Source: Lingula anatina (taxonomy: Eukaryota > Animalia > Brachiopoda). Taken from it: a DNA stretch of 64,000 nucleotides. The notes below the pieces were generated by a model. That model saw nothing but the letters and a program-made list of their open reading frames with translations, did no database searches and was not told the origin of the DNA. Of this stretch, positions 27,340 through 40,070 are shown piece after piece. The DNA is taken from positions 19,258,651-19,322,650 of the forward strand of contig CM120647.1 in assembly GCA_051362555.1 (NCBI GenBank), in the 5' to 3' direction. The number at the start of each line of letters is the position of its first letter. Within the stretch, counting starts at the first letter, position 1. The position numbers and the translations under genes were made by a program.

Positions 27340-29636
27340 ATTATTATTATTATTCACCATAGCAACATTATATATCGTCCTAAAGTGATGCCATTATCAC
27401 GTTTCCCTTCTCTCTCCATTGCAGGAAAGTCAACGCTAAACAAATCCGGGACAAACTGGAGATTGAGAAGGAGAAGGAAGAAATGAGGCAGCAGCTGAGG
27501 GACCTGTGCCGTAGTGGTGACGCTGTCAGCCTGCACGAGATCCTCATGAAGTCTTATAATGAAGTGGATGCCATGGATAAGGTGAGGGGAGAGAAAGAGG
27601 GAGGGAAAGAGGAAAAGAGGAGACAGGGAGGGAGGGAGGGATTGAAGGGATAGAGGAGTAAGGGAGGGAGGGATTATAGGGACAGAGGAGTAAGGGAGGG
27701 AGGGATGGTGGGTGGGAGGGAGAGAGAGTAAATGTATGATTTAAAAAGTGGTATGTGGTCTGATTATGTGATATTGGATTTGTTAATAGGACAAGGCTTT
27801 CTTTTTTTTTTTTTTTTTCAGTTGTCTGTGGCACAGCACAGAAACAGTCATATAGACCGCTCATGTCCACACTGGTAGAACATCCCACGTCACTGAGTTC
27901 ACCAGTCTTTTTAAATGTCTGTTTGTTTATTGACTTCACCTTGACATCGGATATACAATCAGATTGAGAAACGGTACACGGCACACAAAAACCTACAATC
28001 TTGTACTCAGAAAGCTACTCTTTACTAAATGACAATAAAAATGTCTTAAAAGACGACGGGATCTTCGATCTAAGTTCAGCGTTGCACCTGTAGCTTCCGC
28101 GCCCATTTTTCAAGATGATTACATTAAGTAGTGACGGCGCCGTCCGAAGCAGAAAATCGAAACACGGTACAATGGTTTTAAGATGACTCTATTTCTGAGA
28201 ATATCCGGTTTCACAGTTTAACCGTGGGATAGTGAAATTTTAATTCGCTCTCTCTTTCTCTCCTTTCTGCCAGTTAAACATAATTTTCAAAATTTCAAGT
28301 AACAAATGACCCACATTAACATCAAAAAGTCTAAACTTGAACATTCAAAATTAAAAAGCATTGATTGCAATCAATTAGGTGGCCCCTCAACATGTGGTTC
28401 AAACAATAACGTCATGGCCATCTTGAGGAAAAGTTGCGCCTTTATAAAACAGAGCAGGCCTACTCATACCTCTGCTCTTTATGTTATCTAACCAGTGTGT
28501 ACAAAATGCACGTTTAACGATCTCATCTTTGTAAAGGAAAGCTAATTTGGCCATTATGGTACATTGTTTTTCAAGTTAAAGTTAATAATCGAAAGCAATT
28601 AGCCCTAATAGCGTCACACAGGACTTCAAGTGCAATCAGAGGGAAAGTTTCCTATATATCAGTCCTACGTAACCTTTGTCAAAGCCTCTTGACGGTGAGG
28701 ATTGAAGTACTAGAGTAGGTGTAGCTCTGATTTAAACTGTTGTTTGAAGAACTACTGGTATTTTTGAAAATTTGAGAGCAAAATACAGAGTCCAGTTTCA
28801 CCAACGCTGGATACTATCCACCAGAAAATAAAATGATTGTCCTGTGAATAAAGTAATGTGCATGTCTCACAAACACCGGATACTGTTTGTCTCTGATATT
28901 GCTATCTAGTGGTTTAAAATTCTGCTGTCCTTAGGATAACTGTCCAGAGAGTAGCCACTTTATTTACTGGACAGTGTCGCTGGTCACAGAAGAAAAATGT
29001 TATAAATTATACAGAGCCCCGTAACTCGAAAGCATCACGCATTGCGACCGAGCGCAAGACTCTCGATTCCAATATGGGGCGAGTATGGGCGAGTTATGGA
29101 ATCGAGACACTTGCGCTCGGTTGCAATGCGCGATGCTTTCGAGTTTCGGTTCCAGATCTGTGATAATTTGGTGTTAGATGGTCGCTGCCACTGGACCCAC
29201 CTAAGGAAATTAATGGACGTGAAATTATTATTTTTCCAGAGTGGACTGACGCCGCTGGTGTGTGCAATCATTGCCCGTCACCCTACTGTGGTTACTGAGC
29301 TATTGCTGGGGTATGCCAACCCGAATATCAGTACACCGGTATGTAAAACTGACTAAATAAATGAATAAATAAAACTGAATATCCTCATTTCATATTTGGT
29401 GTGTATTGGCGTCATGCTCTCCGAAATCTACGTTGTCAATATCATTAGTATGGCATTATAGCCACTTTTAAGTGTGTCGAGTAAGTATTCGTAACATAAA
29501 TGATATGATTTTATGAAAGAAGTTCTACAGATCTTTTTTGACTTGAAGTAGACTAAATTTTGTACTAAACGGTCAGATCAACTTTTGATTTGAAGCTATT
29601 TAGTGAAACCATGCCCAGGTGTAAATTTTAAAACTC

Positions 29637-29689
<53 letters not shown>

Positions 29690-32492
29690 ACCGACTGCTT
29701 CACGACTTCCAGAGGACCGGTATGTCATCACTTCACTACGCCGCTCGCTGGGGTGATGCACAGGTGCTGCACAAGCTGATCAGAGCTAGAGGATGGATAG
29801 ATGCCGGGGACCGGGTACTGACTTATACTAATATTACATCTATGATCACATAAATTCATCAATTATTTTGTTTCATAATTATCATTTTTCCTTGTTATCA
29901 ATTATTTGTCAAGGGTCAAAGTTTTCGGTCTATTCTCAGTTTATTGTGTAAATCAGCACCCTGTGTATCAAAGTCTTTGGTGAAATTGACCGGTTTTTTT
30001 AATTTTATTAAATATTCCTTAACTCTAATTATTTTCAGGACGAGTGGACGCCACTTCACCACTGCAGTGTCAATGACCATTTCGCCGCGGCCGACCTGCT
30101 GACCTTTATGTTGGCCGACGTCCACATCCGGGATACGGTAAGACATGATTGGGTGTGGCTAAAGGGACTAATGGGCGGGACACTTTCGTGCTCCGCCCCT
30201 GTTTATGTAAATCAATTCATTAACCAATCAGTAAGTCAGTTTTAACTGTTTTTAAAAAAATCAAACAGCCAGTCAATCAATATGGAAGTAAACCGATCAG
30301 TCGAAAAATTAGTCAATTCATTAACCAAGCAATCGAATAATTCATTTATTGATTAATCAACCAAGTAATACTAATTTTATCTGTCTGTCTACTAGCCAGC
30401 CGTCAGTACTTACTGGTAAATCAATTAAAAAGTCAATCATTCCTTTTGTTTCATAGCATAATCGTACTGCACTCGACTTGGCTCAGTCAGCTAAGATGAA
30501 GCGGTTAATAGAAAGGATGGCGAATGTACCCAAGGACTTCCTGAAGAAGTAAGTTTATAAGATTTGACACTTTGTGAGGCTGTCATCATGCATGATTATT
30601 GGTATGACCCTCTATGGCGGATCTTCGATTTTGTTAACTGCGGTGGGCAATAAAGATAGAAAAATATAAAACGAAATACGCTGTCAAACCCACTGTTACC
30701 CAGTATAATGGGCGCATGGGTTTTAAGTTGCTTTTTATCTGGAAAGTTGATGTTTCGGTCTACTCGTTATACGTTTATTTAGAGGGATGCACGCGTCCGT
30801 CATTCCGTCCCCTTCTCTTTCTCTCTCTTTTTCTTTCTCTCTCTCTCTTTTAAGCAAACTAATTATACGATTTTTGCTCAAGTGATAAGGAGATACCCTA
30901 GAATTTGTCAACTTTCAATACGTTTCAGGTCTTGCCAAACGCACACCATGAAATTATCAGATAAAGCAGGTTCCGTCGACTTCCGGTGTGGGGTAGTGCT
31001 GGAGATGTCTGCCGAGGTCGTGAAGTCAGAAATACCCGTAAGTTGCCGAAGGACAACTCCCGAATGTTTCCGAATGATCTATCCGGAAAATGAGGAATCT
31101 TTCCTAAATGATATCATTGAGTTTTACCCACGGAGAGTGACTTTTAAGCGCCCCGTGACGGTTTTAGTGGACTATGATATAATTATCCAATCAAAGGAAG
31201 ACATCGTGGTCACATGTGCAAGCAAGGTTGTTCCAGAATTTAGTCTGACATCACAGGTAAATACCAGTTCAAAAAGTTTTAATTGTTTTTATTCAGCGTA
31301 GAGAATATTGCGCAGTAAAAACAGAAAAACTGGAGCTTTTGATGAGGCGTACTGTATTCGTATATTAAAATGCTATAAATGCTGTAAACATTCCATGCTT
31401 CCTAAAATACACTTCCATTAAATTCTATGTCATGTTTTCCGTACAAGGGCCGCTCATATTCATCTTAATTCCTTGCAGGGCAAATCCACCACGGTGAGTT
31501 TCGAGACCAAAAAACTTGGGCGAGTGAAAATATTAAAAATGAAATTGTCGGATTACTATGAGTCAGCCAGTCAGTCGACGTCAGTGGTCGACTTTGAAAG
31601 TTTAAGAAGTGAACAACAGAGCCGTGCCACCATATTGTCCACGTGGGATGAAACCGAGGCTGATGAAGTGGAAACGAGACCAAAGCCGACAGCAGCCGAC
31701 ACCGAGAGCGACGCCATTGGTCAAAAGCAAGAGAAAAAGGAGTCTGAAAAACTCTGTAATTCACACGAAAAATACACGGAGCAAGTTTTAGTCTGTGAAG
31801 AAAGTAACAATGAATCCAAACGCGTCGAAAAAACTAACGCTGAAAGTTTTCATGACCATAAAGGCTCGCAGGAAATTAGGTCAATTGACACGAGGAATAA
31901 CGACAAAGACTTAAGTGAGTCTCAAAATATGGAGACATTGGAAAGTTCTCCCCAAATCTCTGAGCCGGAAAAAAATGGAAGACAGAGCTCTTTGAGTCAG
32001 AGCTCATTCTCGGTTGTGGACGAAAAACCTGAGGACGAAAAACTTGACACAACATCGCAAAAAAGCCGGAGAAGTTCCCTCAAAAGCTTCCGCGAAGAAA
32101 TCTCAGTCGAACATGCACCCGAAGAGAAAGAACGTAGTCAAAAAGTTGACAGTGAAAAAATTGAGGACAAAAGTCTTAGCACAACGCCACAACAAAGCCG
32201 GCAAAGTTCTCTCCTAAGCGTCCGCGAAGAGATCTCAGTCGAACGTTCACCCGAAGAGAGAGAACTTAGTAAAAAAGTTGACAGTGAAAATGGCAGCGAA
32301 ATCCCAGAAGAAATCGACGACAATGACAACAAGAGTACTTCCTCTCCCAGCGTGTTACCGAGCGAACTATTTAGCGACAGCGAGCAGAGTGTCACCAACA
32401 CAGCAGAGATACAGGAAAATATAAACGACATCCACAAGGAACTCGCAGAAATTGAGGAACAGTTGGAAGGGGACGCGTATATCTACACGTGA
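24997..32492 (+). CDS. Ankyrin-repeat protein with ZU5-like domain and long acidic/Ser-rich disordered tail (~637 aa, 8 exons)
   Basis: In-frame GT-AG exons: 24997-25019 (tentative first exon), 27425-27581, 29240-29338, 29713-29814, 30039-30137, 30457-30548, 30929-31256, 31479-32492. The 99/102-nt phase-0 exons each encode one ANK repeat (SGLTPLVCAI, TGMSSLHYAARWG, DEWTPLHHC), followed by HNRTALDLA. ESFLNDIIEFYPRRVTFKRPVTVLV resembles the ZU5 core. Confidence 0.85.
29019..29149. mobile_element. Short palindromic MITE / ~55-bp-stem hairpin in ankyrin gene intron
   Basis: CCGTAACTCGAAAGCATCACGCATTGCGACCGAGCGCAAGACTCTCGATTCCA pairs with TGGAATCGAGACACTTGCGCTCGGTTGCAATGCGCGATGCTTTCGAGTTTCGG. A related sequence lies at ~38440-38540. 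Confidence 0.75.
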
Positions 32493-34422
32493 ACATATCC
32501 ATGAATCCAAATTAAGGTTCATTGGTCTGAAGGTTCACTGGGCCGAAAATTCTTATGCGCGCGCCTCTGATGAACTTTACTTTATTGCCAGTACGATTTT
32601 GGCCTACACTTTGTTCATGCATTAATTTGGATTATAGAACTTATGGACCAATGAACTTTCGGACTGTTGCTACGGCTCCGTTGGAACGTATATGGTATTT
32701 GAATTGGAAGAAAATACTTTTTTATCTAAAAAATAGAGAATTTTATGTTTTAAACTGTTACAGGTCAACCCATGGGTTGGGGGAGGTACATTAATTTAAA
32801 AACTAATAGCTTTATGATGACGGGTAGAAAGTAACAGGGCAGTAATACTTGAATACCATGTTTAAAATATAAGTATTTGCATGAAGTACTACGGTATGTG
32901 GTACGCGGCCATCAAATCAGCGTAAAACTGCATACAACACGGTAGCAGGAACAACATGTATATGAATTATAGGGTTATTTATATAATATATCATATAAAT
33001 AATAATTGAACCAAGTTTTATAAACAAAACGTTGAACTTCACGTGAACTTAGGTGCTGAATATACACATGCTTTAATAAATGTTGAAAACATTAATAAGA
33101 ATAATAATAATGATAATGATGATGATGATGTTTATTGATACGAGTATATTTGTTGTAAAGACTATAAGGTAGCTAACGTGGTATTTTTGTTATACAATAA
33201 AAGACAATAATGTATAAATTACAAGCTATCTGACTATGACAGTACATCTTTATGAGCCACGTATTACTCGTACTTGTTGACTCCATACAGTGATGAAATA
33301 AATTTAATGATAAATGTTATCATTTATTACAAAGAATATTTTGCGTTGTAAATTGAATCACAATCACTGATTAAATGTCAGCAACCTAGATCTACAATAT
33401 CCCTCATAAATTGTATGTTAAAAGCTAAGTTTGGGTCACTGAAATGGAGTAAAATATAGCGTTCTTTAGCACTGACTTCCGTTATTATTGTCCATATTCC
33501 CCGCAGGCTCAGTGCCTATACTTACGGACAAAAAAATGCACAAAGAGAAGGAACTGAAGTCACAAGGTTTATTTCTTTCTTTATCCTCGACCACCCCCCC
33601 CCCCTTACTGTACACGTCCATCTCCATAAGGGCGCATTCCCACAGATTTTAGATCCCCCTCCCACGGTGTGGAAAATGAAAAAAAAACTGTGTGTATAAT
33701 ACTGCATTCTGGTGCATTTTAACTGTTATTTATTGTTCAATCAGAAGTCAGAAATTGTGGGTTCATTTTGCCATAAGTACAGTCATTTTTTCAACACAAC
33801 GGACTTTTTAGCATGAACTGAGTTGGCTAAAAACAGTACACCTTTGTAAACAGATTGTTGAATGATTGTCTAGCGGCCATGAGTGCATTTTCTCACAGAA
33901 TTGATACCAACTTTGCAATTATTTTTTTTACCTTTGCGATTATTTTTTTTGCACCTCAAATCCCAGGGGGGGCAGCTGCCCCCCTCCCCTGCCCACCCCG
34001 GAGGCTACGGCCCTGTTGTGCAAATGGTTAACAATACGTACTGAGAAATGTGGCTTTTCCCGCCCGATGGTGATCCACAGATTTTGCCGAAGTGACTACT
34101 AAATCTTGAGACTTGGCGACCTGAGCCTTCTGCTCGTCAATTACAAACGTGGCCGCGGCCAGAACTACTGCTGGCCGTATATATACTGAGCAAATCATTT
34201 GCATAACAAAACAAAGATGACTAATAATCGCAACTTGTTGTCGTAAGCGACAACACAAGTTATTGATACACATGTATATTATCATGATTGTATGGGTTCT
34301 TTTAACACTGAGGTAAATCCTTTGGTCTCATAAGCATCTACATGCATTAGTTTTCATGAAAGTGCAACAGTTTAATCAAAATCTTACCATCTAGTCCGAA
34401 AACTGTAACAAACTATTCTAAT

Positions 34423-34478
<56 letters not shown>

Positions 34479-34550
34479 CAAAGTGCTAGGAGTGCAGTAA
34501 ATATAATGTAATAACGTAATATATAAGAAATAGCACAATATTTGTTCTAC

Positions 34551-37500
34551 TCAACATCTTACTTCAGAAAACTCTATGTACTCTTTGAAATATTCAAGAA
34601 TATATTCCTTTGTCAGTTGATATCTCTCCAATGAATGCTGATGTTGGCCATATTTGTTTTGTGGATTGTCTTTGATGTAAGCCGCCATGATGGCCTCTCT
34701 TTCTGCGGTTAATACCAGCCCGAAGCTGTCGTAGATTCTCTTCACGACATTCAAAGGGTCTTTGACAATATCACTGTAGGCAATATCACAGAAGCGGTGT
34801 TCTTCTTCTGGGTGCGACTTTCTAAATGCCATCATGTTGAATCCACTGTGGAACAGTGGGATAGCCACCATATTCTCACCGAGTTTTTTCAAGTCCAGGT
34901 TCGCCGGCTCGTATCCAAGACCTTTGAACGACTCCGCGATTGAACAGAGAGAAGCGATAGCCTCGCAGGGGTCCCGGTAGGTGTGGATGAAGGTGGCGTC
35001 GGGATACACTTTCAAAATGGCGTCCAGATAGAGACTGTGGGTTGACTCTTTGAAAACTAGTTGCTTATTGATGTCATCTGGAACAAGATTATCACATTCG
35101 CCAATGAGCAAAATCATGACATTTGAAGCGTTTTCCTGATCAAGTCTATGGGATATAAACGAAATATCGGAGGCTTCGGAGCTCATATCATTTTCTGCAC
35201 TTCACTTGAGACGACTCGCTGTTATGTTTATTAATTTGTACACGTGTCTGGTACGAGAAGTACACCACAACATAGAGGAACCTTCGCTTATTGTATGTCC
35301 GTCACACTTGAACCCGTCCCAAGAAGTGGAGCCTGGGCTCACATTTACATTAAATATAATTGTGATGAGCTTCAAAATGTATTAAACCACACCAACCACT
35401 ACTACCTCCCTGAAACACAAACTTAAAGGGATAACAACTGTTCGTTTTGGTGAAGAAATGTTTTTTCTTGGGTTAAACTACGATTTTCCATGCATACTTT
35501 CATGTACCAACGGTAAGTTAGACCATTTTTTTTAAAGTTTGTTGTTTTTTGTAATAATCTTTTATGACATTTTTTGTAATAACCTTTTAAAAGATTATTA
35601 CGCAGGTAGCCATCTTTGAAGGTCCACGTGGTATGATGGCAAGCACAAGTTCAAGAATAATTTTGATTACCGCTGTTTTGGTGGTAAAATGGAACCATAC
35701 GTCTATGAGCTATTTACAATGTATTTATTGTTATATATGAATCTCATACAGAGAGTTGTTATCCCTTTTTTTCATCAGATAGATATCTGATTCTATTGAA
35801 AACATACCCGAACCCCGGGCGAGGAGAATGAGTTGAATCTGCAATTTATGAAAACGGTAGGCGTCTTCCTTTTCTTCCTCGGTCAGTGAGTTGAGCCAGG
35901 CTAGATACTCTTCTGGGTGGTTGGTCAACAAAGTATTCGCCTTGAATATCCCACAATTGTCCATCAGACGGAAACACTCGTAGGGGTTGTCTGCCACGAT
36001 ATTATGCATGGCCTTGACCTTTGGCACTGCCTCGTACATCTCAGCTGGAATAAAGTTCATGTAGATGTGCTTGAGGTGAAATGTAGAAAAGTTGATGTCT
36101 TCCTAATTCTTTTTTGTCCATCTATACATGGTACATGTATTGTAACTGAGGCGACTTTGTCACTGCTAACGTTCTTAAAAAAAAAAAAAAAAAAAAACAG
36201 GTGAATAAAATGAAAACGATATTTTGGATATTTTCAAAAATAATTACAAGTCTGTGTTTGTCTAGTTGTTCTCGCAAAAAAAAAAGAAAATTAAATCGTA
36301 TGCAATATATATATATTTTATCCCATTCTTTAGTCGCCGACGACGTGCCTGTTGTATCCCCTTGTTTGACCCAACTTAAGAAATGGCACATACTGGTAAT
36401 CTAGATAGGTCGAATTTTGATTCAGTGCTGACTTTCGTCCGACCAAAGTGGCCGTTATTTTGAACCTCTGGAACCACCCTCTAAACCTCCCCCCGCCTTG
36501 CCAGCGGAATTATATATATGTACTATAAAACCTTACTTAAGGCTTTGCGTTCCGCCTCCACGCGGGAATCCTCCCTTTCTGTGGGTGTTTCTATCACCGG
36601 ATGCATCGTCTCGTAGTACCTGGGGGATGTATTTTTGGGATCCTGATACAGATGATTCAGCAGGAAAGTCGTCCCGGTGCGGCAGGGTCCGATGATGAAA
36701 ATAGGTCTCTTTATTGGACACTACGAAGAAAAAAGAAAATCGTCAAGGTAATATTATTCGTAAAATATTTAAGACATTGAATAAAAGAAACTTTCTTATT
36801 TGACAGGAATGGCAGTCCTAGGAATGGAAGTCGGGGGTCCTATGTGGAAAGTACATGTTAGGGTTAGTCGGAGTATTGGGGTAAGTATATGGGACAAATG
36901 TCACCTGTACAAATTAATGAGGAACGCACTACGTTCCCAGCGGACTACCATTCCTGTCACACCGACACGGTAGGTTTACTGCCTCGGCCGTCTTCTGTTT
37001 TCTTTCACAAAAAGCACTCTTAGGCTATTGTTCTGTGTTTATATCACCATCAAGGAATGATCTGAATCAAAAAGGGCAACAGTGCGGTTTTGAAATAAAC
37101 TGCTTTTCTCAAAGCAATATTTATTTTATAGCAATGAAGAACAGTGTCTTGCGTATTTAACAGTTATATATATTTTATACTTTTTTTTTATATATTTTAC
37201 TGTTGTAAACATTTTACATTTAACATTTCCTGCCCCAATTAAATTGGTCGTGTCTGTCCACTTAAAATGAAAACATTTACCTTACGCAAATATTGCTTTT
37301 TATCTCGCATGCAGGTGTACATGTAAGTTCCCTCTTTAGAGAAGACAGGAGGCCTGTCTGTAATCGTGCCGTTCAATATCCCATGAATTAAGTAGCCTAA
37401 GAGCTATACTGAAATACGTCCAAAGGTTACTGCCTGCATATTATCTGAAGCTTGTCTTTTTTCAGGCTGGGTCGAACCGACATTCGGGTTAATACGAAAA

Positions 37501-38052
37501 AAGCTTGTTAAAGTAAAGCGTGTTCCCAGTAAAATTGGGCCGATCCGGAATTTGCCTATAGCCTACGACTTCCTATAGGACCCTATTGGACGTCCTAAAG
37601 GACCGTTCTATGGGACTTATATGCCCTATGAGGCCCTACAGGATTTCGGGCCAATTTCCTATAGAGTCCTATTGGAAATTTATATAAGAGTATCTAACAT
37701 TTTCTTTGCATGGGAAAAGTTCCGAGTTTGACTCTTCACATCTTAATGCCCCCTAATTCAATTACACGCTGCATTTGTCACTCGAGTTAAATACCTTAGA
37801 TACGTCAACGAGAGGCAGTTTCCTAGCAATGGCCAGTCGGTTCTGGAGGACCTCTGTCCATCTTGTTTCGATGATCATTCGCCCCGCCATGGTCAAATTT
37901 TCGTCCTCTCGGAAACATTTCAGTAATGTGGTCCATCCCTTGTACCACCATTTGCCAGTGAGGTTGTCGGACAGCAGGCAGCTACGGTCCTCGGGGGAGA
38001 GTTTGGCCAACAGGCTTTCCTCTGTGAGAGGACATCCGCTCTTTAGGTCCAT
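34551..38052 (-). CDS. Sulfotransferase (Sulfotransfer_3, bacterial-type family), copy 1, ~401 aa
   Basis: Exons 38052-37795, 36720-36537, 36044-35808, 35077-34551 (1206 nt, phases consistent). 5'-PSB loop PIFIIGPCRTGTTFL, 3'-PB motif FIHTYRDPCEAIAS, plus NPYEC, YRFHKLQIQ and DIVKDP..KYGQHQHSL. The start Met is inferred from agreement with copy 2. Confidence 0.9.
35428..35766. mobile_element. Small MITE (Kolobok-like AGG terminus after TTAA) in sulfotransferase intron
   Basis: TTAA|AGGGATAACAACT ... AGTTGTTATCCCT. The right part resembles ~56470-56706. The right-hand TSD is imperfect. Confidence 0.55.
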
Positions 38053-38970
38053 GTTTATTTGGTTCACTCGTTCAGGCCTGTAGGGCATGAGCATTGATAA
38101 GGGGTGTGTATGGACGAGTGGAAGATTACATTGCTGAATCACATTCAGCGCTCTTCACATAACAGTGGCAGTATTTACCGTGAGTTAAAAGCGAAAGAAA
38201 GCATAGAATACTTGTCTTCAACATAAGACATTTATATGGTATATTATGTGGTTAGAATATATGTATGCTCAGTTTAGATGGTGTAATTTCTTCCGTCTGC
38301 TTCGTTGTATTTGTGAATCGTTCCAGCTTTAAGACGCGTGTGATCGCTGTTGATGACGTAGCTGAAACCGATATCGATGACACAGTTTACCGGCGGATCG
38401 ACATGTAGGGCACTGTACGTATCAAAAAGAAATGGGGCACGTGCGCAAATGTCTCGATTCCATGGCCCCGTATCTCGAAATAGAATCGGTTATGGAATCG
38501 AGACACTTCCGCAACATAGCGAACCTTTCGAGATTCGTAGCCCAGACCTCCAAAACACACAAAATTATAAATAAAAATAAGAAAAAAAGCCATCACTTTT
38601 ATAGTAATTTAATAAAATGACCACATGCAGCATATGACAGCCAAAGAAACAAAAATACCACCTATGCGATAAAAATGCGAAGTATACATCTGTTAGAAAT
38701 GGAAGCACCGACACTGAAATCTAGCCACTCTATATACACGTTGAAGGTTTCATTTCATCTCGAAGAAGCAAGATGAAAATTCCAAGTTTTCTCAATTATT
38801 ATTATTATTATTCCATGGCATAGACAATGACATCTCAGTCAATAATCACAACAAAAGTTATTTATGGAAATGCCCTGAAATGATGCCTCAAATAAAATGA
38901 CTATGGCATATGAAAAGGTGACGTGTCTGGTAAGAAAAAAACTCGTTTCCCGCAGGTTTAAGGCTACAGT

Positions 38971-39225
38971 CCCAGCGGGCAAAATATGTTGTTTTAACAT
39001 TGAAACAACGTTGAACCATAACGTTGATAAGACGTTGGATATATAAACATTGGATTTGAAAGTTGACTCAACCTCAGATAATAATGTTGTATCAACGTCA
39101 GATAACAACATTATATCAACCCCATGCAGTTGTTAGACAACATTCTTGCATGAAAAGACATTGAAATGACCTGAGTGTAGGGTATAAAAGTATGGCTTTT
39201 AAGTTAAAATTTCCAAGGTTTATAT

Positions 39226-39284
<59 letters not shown>

Positions 39285-40067
39285 CATTGGTCAAAAAGTT
39301 TGTCCCACCCCCAATTCCATGTACTTTTATTTACAAATGATAACCTTACAGCCGTAAAATGTTAGAAATAGTGCTTTTTATTACGGATACAGTGTCTAAC
39401 GTGATTAATGGTTTAAAAAATACAAAATAGAAGTAAAAATATACATATTTTATACCATTTAGTATTTATAAGAGGTACCCCATCAAATCGACTGTTTCAC
39501 TGTGACTTCTACAGATGTAAAGAAATGTTTATAAAATTGAAAAGACGCCATCAAATGTCACCAAATTCACACACAATTAGCATTAGGGTGTGCTTGTTAA
39601 AGGTCACGTGCCTAACAGCGTGTGCGTCTACTGCGTACTGCAATTATCTCCTGTAGATGGCGCGAAATGGGGGTGGGACAACCTTTTTGACCAATGCTGT
39701 ATATGTAACAAAGTCACAGTCACCTCAACCTGTCTGAATAACAAGTAAAGAAAATTCACTAGTTCACTAAAGACACAAAACAACTGTCACTTTTACTTTA
39801 AACACTTTTTTTATTATTTTGATAAAGTTAGTTACAGTATTGATAAACAAAGTATCACGTTTTCAACAATTAATATTTTAAAATATAATCCATGTCTGCA
39901 AGGTTGTGTCAATGACCAAAATACAACGTTGAGTCAACCTCACATTATGACGGTGTTTCGACGAGGCTGGATCAACGTTGATTTTACGTTGAATTTTGGT
40001 AGATCAACGGCAATTCAATGTATCAACTTGTTTTCAACGTTTATCCAACGCAACTATGCCTGCTGGG
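38971..40067. mobile_element. Non-autonomous CACTA/EnSpm-like element, 3-bp TSD AGT
   Basis: TIRs CCCAGCGGGCA / TGCCTGCTGGG; AGT on both sides; many subterminal CAACGTTG-like repeats. The paralogous site at ~51184-51205 (AAGGCTACAGTGTGCGAC) is empty, with a single AGT. Confidence 0.9.
39282..39699. mobile_element. Tc1/mariner-like MITE nested in the CACTA-like element
   Basis: ~31-bp TIRs CAGCATTGGTCAAAAAGTTTGTCCCACCCCC / GGGGGTGGGACAACCTTTTTGACCAATGCTG, TA on both sides, next to a (TA)n run. Confidence 0.9.
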
Positions 40068-40070
40068 AGT

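Noticed and set aside
36045-36173. Strong poly-T acceptor suggesting a longer sulfotransferase exon 3
   Set aside because: The acceptor before 36044 gives a 237-nt exon identical in length to copy 2; the extension has no family similarity and is poorly conserved between copies.
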